Virus record (IMG/VR): IMGVR_UViG_3300001580_000011
Location: 34,257 to 98,256 of that record
Source: a virus
Lineage: Duplodnaviria; Caudoviricetes
Length of the DNA stretch: 64,000 nucleotides
Reading direction: 5' to 3' (one strand)
The position numbers and the translations under genes were made by a program. Below, one piece after another: positions 60,515 to 64,000 of the stretch. How positions within the stretch are numbered: position 1 is the stretch's first letter; every line of letters starts with the position of its first letter. The notes under the pieces were generated by a model. The model saw only the letters and a program-made list of their open reading frames with translations, ran no database searches and was not told the DNA's origin.

Positions 60515-60823
60515 TTATCTTTTCTTCTTCTTACCTAAATATTTAGCAGCATCTTTCTTAATAAGTTCCCTAATTCTTGGGGGGAAAAGATTATAAAAAT
60601 TTCCAACATCTTCTTCATCTACTTGAAGAATTTTTATCAGTTCCATTGCAACTTCATAAGGCCCTAAATCTGGAAATTGTTTTTGAGCATTATCGAATAC
60701 CTTTGTCATTGCTGATTTCAATGTATTTGAAATATATTGCCGAGTGGTGCCTAATTCTTGTGCAATTTCCTCACCTGACATAGCTTTTCCTTCTTTCAAA
60801 ACCATTCTTATTTTTGATGCCAT
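60515..60823 (-). CDS. HTH protein (sigma region 4-like)
   Basis: EEIAQELGTTRQYISNTL. Confidence 0.75.
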   Translation of the reverse strand: MASKIRMVLKEGKAMSGEEIAQELGTTRQYISNTLKSAMTKVFDNAQKQFPDLGPYEVAMELIKILQVDEEDVGNFYNLFPPRIRELIKKDAAKYLGKKKKR

Positions 60824-60854
60824 TTCTTTTTACCCCTTGTTTTTGTTATACTCC

Positions 60855-60883
60855 ATTATACCATATTTATAGAAAATAGTAAA
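60855..60883 (-). promoter_or_regulatory. Early promoter with an overlapping late-like TATAAATA
   Basis: TTTACT-17-TATAAT; TATAAATA at 60864-60871 on the minus strand. Confidence 0.55.
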
Positions 60884-60886
60884 TAA

Positions 60887-63800
60887 TTATCCGCATGCGG
60901 ATTCTGAACAATTCAAACAAGTTTTACATCCCTCAATCAATATAACAGAGTGGGTTCCACATTTAGAACAGAATAACTTATCGTCTGTATAATTTTCTAT
61001 TTCCAATGGAGTAGTTGACATATAATATTTTTCCAATAATTTAGCAATGGCATCTGGAATACTAAGAATTTGCGCTGGTCGTTTATCGGATTCTTCAAAT
61101 TTAAACCACGTTGGTCTATCGGAATTAATACCTTTCATTGTTTTTACAATAGCTTCAACGGAAACGCCGTGTTGAAGTGCGATAGAAATCAGGCGGCCAA
61201 GAGCCTCACCAAACACATTAAGGAATTGTCCCGATTTACCCATTGAAAGGAACACTTCCACCGGCCGGTTATTATGTGATGTAACTGTTACATAAAGTTT
61301 ACCATTACCTGTTTCAACAGTATAAATCTGACCTGGCAATTTGGCCGGACGTTCAAAGTTTGATTGAACCTCAACACCAGCCTTTTTGAATGTAATTGGT
61401 TGTTGCCTCTTACAACCGTCACGATAAATTGTAATACCCTTCAATCCTTTTTCGTAGGCATATTTATAAAGATCGGAAACCTCTGTTACGGAAATCTCAT
61501 TTGGAAGATTTACGGTGCTGGAAATTCCAGACGAACAATATTTTTGTAATTCGGCTTGAAGGTCAATACGGTCCTTATACTTGATATCGTGGGCGCAAAC
61601 AAATATGTCACGAACTTTTTTGGGAATACCGTGTAGTCCCTTCAATGAACCACCATTAGCACTTACCTTTTCCAGCAGGGTTTCGTTATACCAGTCTTCT
61701 TTTTCAAATCTCTTTTTGAATATAGGGTTGATAATATTGATAACTTCGCCTGTTTCAATGAGAGTCTTTTGGAATACAAGACCGAATGACGGTTCAATAC
61801 CATAGGAGGCATCGGCTGTAAGAGCCGTAGTACCTGTTGGTTGACAGGTTGTAAACTGAATGTTCCTTACACCATATTTTCGAACCTTCTTCATTACATT
61901 TTCATTATTACCTGTGTGCTCGGCTATAATAGAAATAATATCATCCTTGACGATATCGTATTCGAAAAATGGACCCTTAGTAGCTGCAAGATCGGTACTT
62001 TTCTCTACGCATGCAGTGGTGATACATTTCATAATTTCACCAGCGAAGGCTTTTCCTTCTACACTATCATATTTTATATCCAATTCGAACATTACATCGG
62101 CAAGGCCCATAATACCAATACCGACTGGTCGATATTTTAAAACGTTATCTTTGAACCGATCATCAGGAAACATCATTCTGTCAATAATATTATCCATTAA
62201 CCCCATGATTTCATAAGATACCCTATATAAGTTTTTAAAATCAAACTTCCCTTCCTTGATAAATTTGGATACGTTGATAGAACTAAGATTACAGGACATG
62301 TCAGGCAAAAGTGGTTGTTCACCACATCCTCTACTTACGTAACCTTCTGTTATCCATGTATCAGACACTGGTTCATGTAAATCTATAACTTCTCTTTCTC
62401 CGATATATTTTATAGAAAGAATTTTTGCTTTCCAAATGTTTCCTGTAAGAGAATAAGAAAGCACTGCTTTTTGCAACTTTAATTGTTTTTCTATATTTGA
62501 AATAGTTAATAGATTATAAATTGTTTTGAGAGAAGACCCTGAAATTATACATTCATATTTAGGTCCACCATGTATTTCTCTTTTTATTCCATTTTCTTCT
62601 ATGGTGTTATTTCGATGTTTAAAACTTTGACCCATACTACAGTGAATGTTAAACATTAAAAGAACTCTGCGTAAGTCATGTACTAACATTCTGTTCGCAG
62701 AAGAAATCTTAATAGTAGGATGTGTTGATGATAAATTCACATTTCCATCAGTTGATATGTAACCATCAAGAAGACCTTTTAATATTTCTTCATTAGAATT
62801 GTATAAAATTTCAGGGATTCTTTTTTCTTTAGAATTTCCAAACAACATTAAACTATTTAAAATTGTTGACAAGGTGTCGTTTTTCTTGATACAAAACTTC
62901 ATTGATTTATTAGTTTTGGAATATTCATATGAAAAATCTATTTTGTTTTCAATCAACAATTTTTCTATTTTTTTATTCCATTCTTCATCATCTTGATTTG
63001 ATGAAATAGTAATATTGTTTGCTCTAATAGCAGATTCTGTTATACATCCATCACCAATTAAGATACCCAAAAGAAGACCGAATGAATAATTATCAATACC
63101 ATATGTATTAAATTGGAAATTATTAGGCGGTCTACTAGGAGAAACCCTAACCCAATCACCTACTTCTAATTCTGATAATGGAATTTCTGTATATTTTTTT
63201 GTTGCCATTTTTCCAAAACCAAATTTTATTGCATGAAATTGATGCCCTTTAGTAGTAAACAATCTTCCACCATCAGAAAAATCAATTTGATATACAGGAT
63301 GAAAAGATTTTTCAATAACATCAACTTTTCCTTTTCCTAAAACAGTAAGTATATCATCCCCTTCTTTAAACACATTGGCTTTTTTATAACCACTTGGTGT
63401 GCTAACAAAAGTATCACCAACAACACAGGGGTTCGTACATTCGATAAGTTTTATTTTTTTGAGGGGGTTGTATTTATTGATTGTATCAATAAAGAGTAAA
63501 CCGGGGTCTGCTGTTTTCCATGCCATTTCCGTGAGTTTATCCCAAATTTCACCGGGCGGAATATCTCTCTCTGGTTCGCCATTTGCCGGGTTTAAAAGTT
63601 GAAATGGAGTATTTGTTTCCAATGATTTCATAAAACTATCTGTAATGGAAACGGAGATGTTCATATTTGACAATCTACCGTCGATCTCTTTACAGGAAAT
63701 AAATTCAATAATATCTGGATGCCATACTTGCATAGCGCATAGGATTGCCGCACGTCTGGCTCTACCACCACTCTTTGTAGTTTCTCCGACCGCATCATAT

Positions 63801-64000
63801 AGTTTCATAAACGAAATAGGGCCAGAACTGCGGCCAATGGGTGGTTTATCAGTTTTTCCTTCATAGATATTACTATCTTTTGCACGAAGATTTCCAATAG
63901 GAATACCAATACCGGCACCGTGCTGGAAAATCTTGCGGGCCACGTTGGCAACATCGTAAATACTATTCATACTGTCATCCAGACCTACAACCCAACAAGC
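60887..64000 (-). CDS. nrdJ: Class II (B12-dependent) ribonucleotide reductase, intein-containing, 5'-truncated
   Basis: ACWVV, GGRARRAA, NPC|GEQ, SCNLSSIN, QPTGT, KGITIYRDG, C-terminal TSCPD-like domain and zinc ribbon. Confidence 0.92.
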   Translation of the reverse strand, partial: ACWVVGLDDSMNSIYDVANVARKIFQHGAGIGIPIGNLRAKDSNIYEGKTDKPPIGRSSGPISFMKLYDAVGETTKSGGRARRAAILCAMQVWHPDIIEFISCKEIDGRLSNMNISVSITDSFMKSLETNTPFQLLNPANGEPERDIPPGEIWDKLTEMAWKTADPGLLFIDTINKYNPLKKIKLIECTNPCVVGDTFVSTPSGYKKANVFKEGDDILTVLGKGKVDVIEKSFHPVYQIDFSDGGRLFTTKGHQFHAIKFGFGKMATKKYTEIPLSELEVGDWVRVSPSRPPNNFQFNTYGIDNYSFGLLLGILIGDGCITESAIRANNITISSNQDDEEWNKKIEKLLIENKIDFSYEYSKTNKSMKFCIKKNDTLSTILNSLMLFGNSKEKRIPEILYNSNEEILKGLLDGYISTDGNVNLSSTHPTIKISSANRMLVHDLRRVLLMFNIHCSMGQSFKHRNNTIEENGIKREIHGGPKYECIISGSSLKTIYNLLTISNIEKQLKLQKAVLSYSLTGNIWKAKILSIKYIGEREVIDLHEPVSDTWITEGYVSRGCGEQPLLPDMSCNLSSINVSKFIKEGKFDFKNLYRVSYEIMGLMDNIIDRMMFPDDRFKDNVLKYRPVGIGIMGLADVMFELDIKYDSVEGKAFAGEIMKCITTACVEKSTDLAATKGPFFEYDIVKDDIISIIAEHTGNNENVMKKVRKYGVRNIQFTTCQPTGTTALTADASYGIEPSFGLVFQKTLIETGEVINIINPIFKKRFEKEDWYNETLLEKVSANGGSLKGLHGIPKKVRDIFVCAHDIKYKDRIDLQAELQKYCSSGISSTVNLPNEISVTEVSDLYKYAYEKGLKGITIYRDGCKRQQPITFKKAGVEVQSNFERPAKLPGQIYTVETGNGKLYVTVTSHNNRPVEVFLSMGKSGQFLNVFGEALGRLISIALQHGVSVEAIVKTMKGINSDRPTWFKFEESDKRPAQILSIPDAIAKLLEKYYMSTTPLEIENYTDDKLFCSKCGTHSVILIEGCKTCLNCSESACG
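62327..63427 (-). mobile_element. LAGLIDADG intein (367 aa) in the RNR, with atypical C-terminus SRG
   Basis: Starts CVVGDT; block B TKGHQF; LLGILIGDG and LLDGYISTDG; ends VIDL..TWITEGYVSRG followed by C+1. Confidence 0.9.

Noticed and set aside
1-64000. Stop-codon reassignment as seen in some large phages
   Set aside because: Long genes read through intact in the standard code, all three stops terminate genes, and no suppressor tRNA is seen

Overview
AT-rich segment of a large lytic dsDNA phage with T4-like traits: a gp61-type primase, GTTTACA-17-TATAAT early promoters, TATAAATA late-promoter-like boxes, cUUCGg terminators and a tRNA cluster. No capsid or tail genes are present. Layout: 1-11.1 kb minus strand (sugar-modification and glycosyltransferase cluster, dCMP deaminase, nucleotidyltransferase); 11.4-57.6 kb plus strand (dense small early/accessory ORFs, radical SAM and methyltransferase cassettes, tRNA/ncRNA cluster at 49.3-52.3 kb); 57.6-64 kb minus strand (primase, two HTH paralogs, intein-containing class II RNR, 5'-truncated). 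Most notable observations: (1) about 20 small proteins from unrelated families end in one of two short conserved C-terminal peptides (D/E-x-L-F-E/K-I/V or D-D/E-Y-L-K/R-R-M/I/L-G), which appear to be exchangeable between protein families and suggest a peptide addressing or docking system; (2) an RNR intein ending in Ser-Arg-Gly instead of His-Asn, inserted just before the catalytic Cys; (3) a tRNA-Arg(UCU) whose D-stem 5' strand and D-loop appear relocated 3' of the anticodon arm; (4) at least five structured non-tRNA RNAs, four of them tRNA-like, interspersed among four Arg tRNAs. All calls come from reading motifs by eye; no searches were run.
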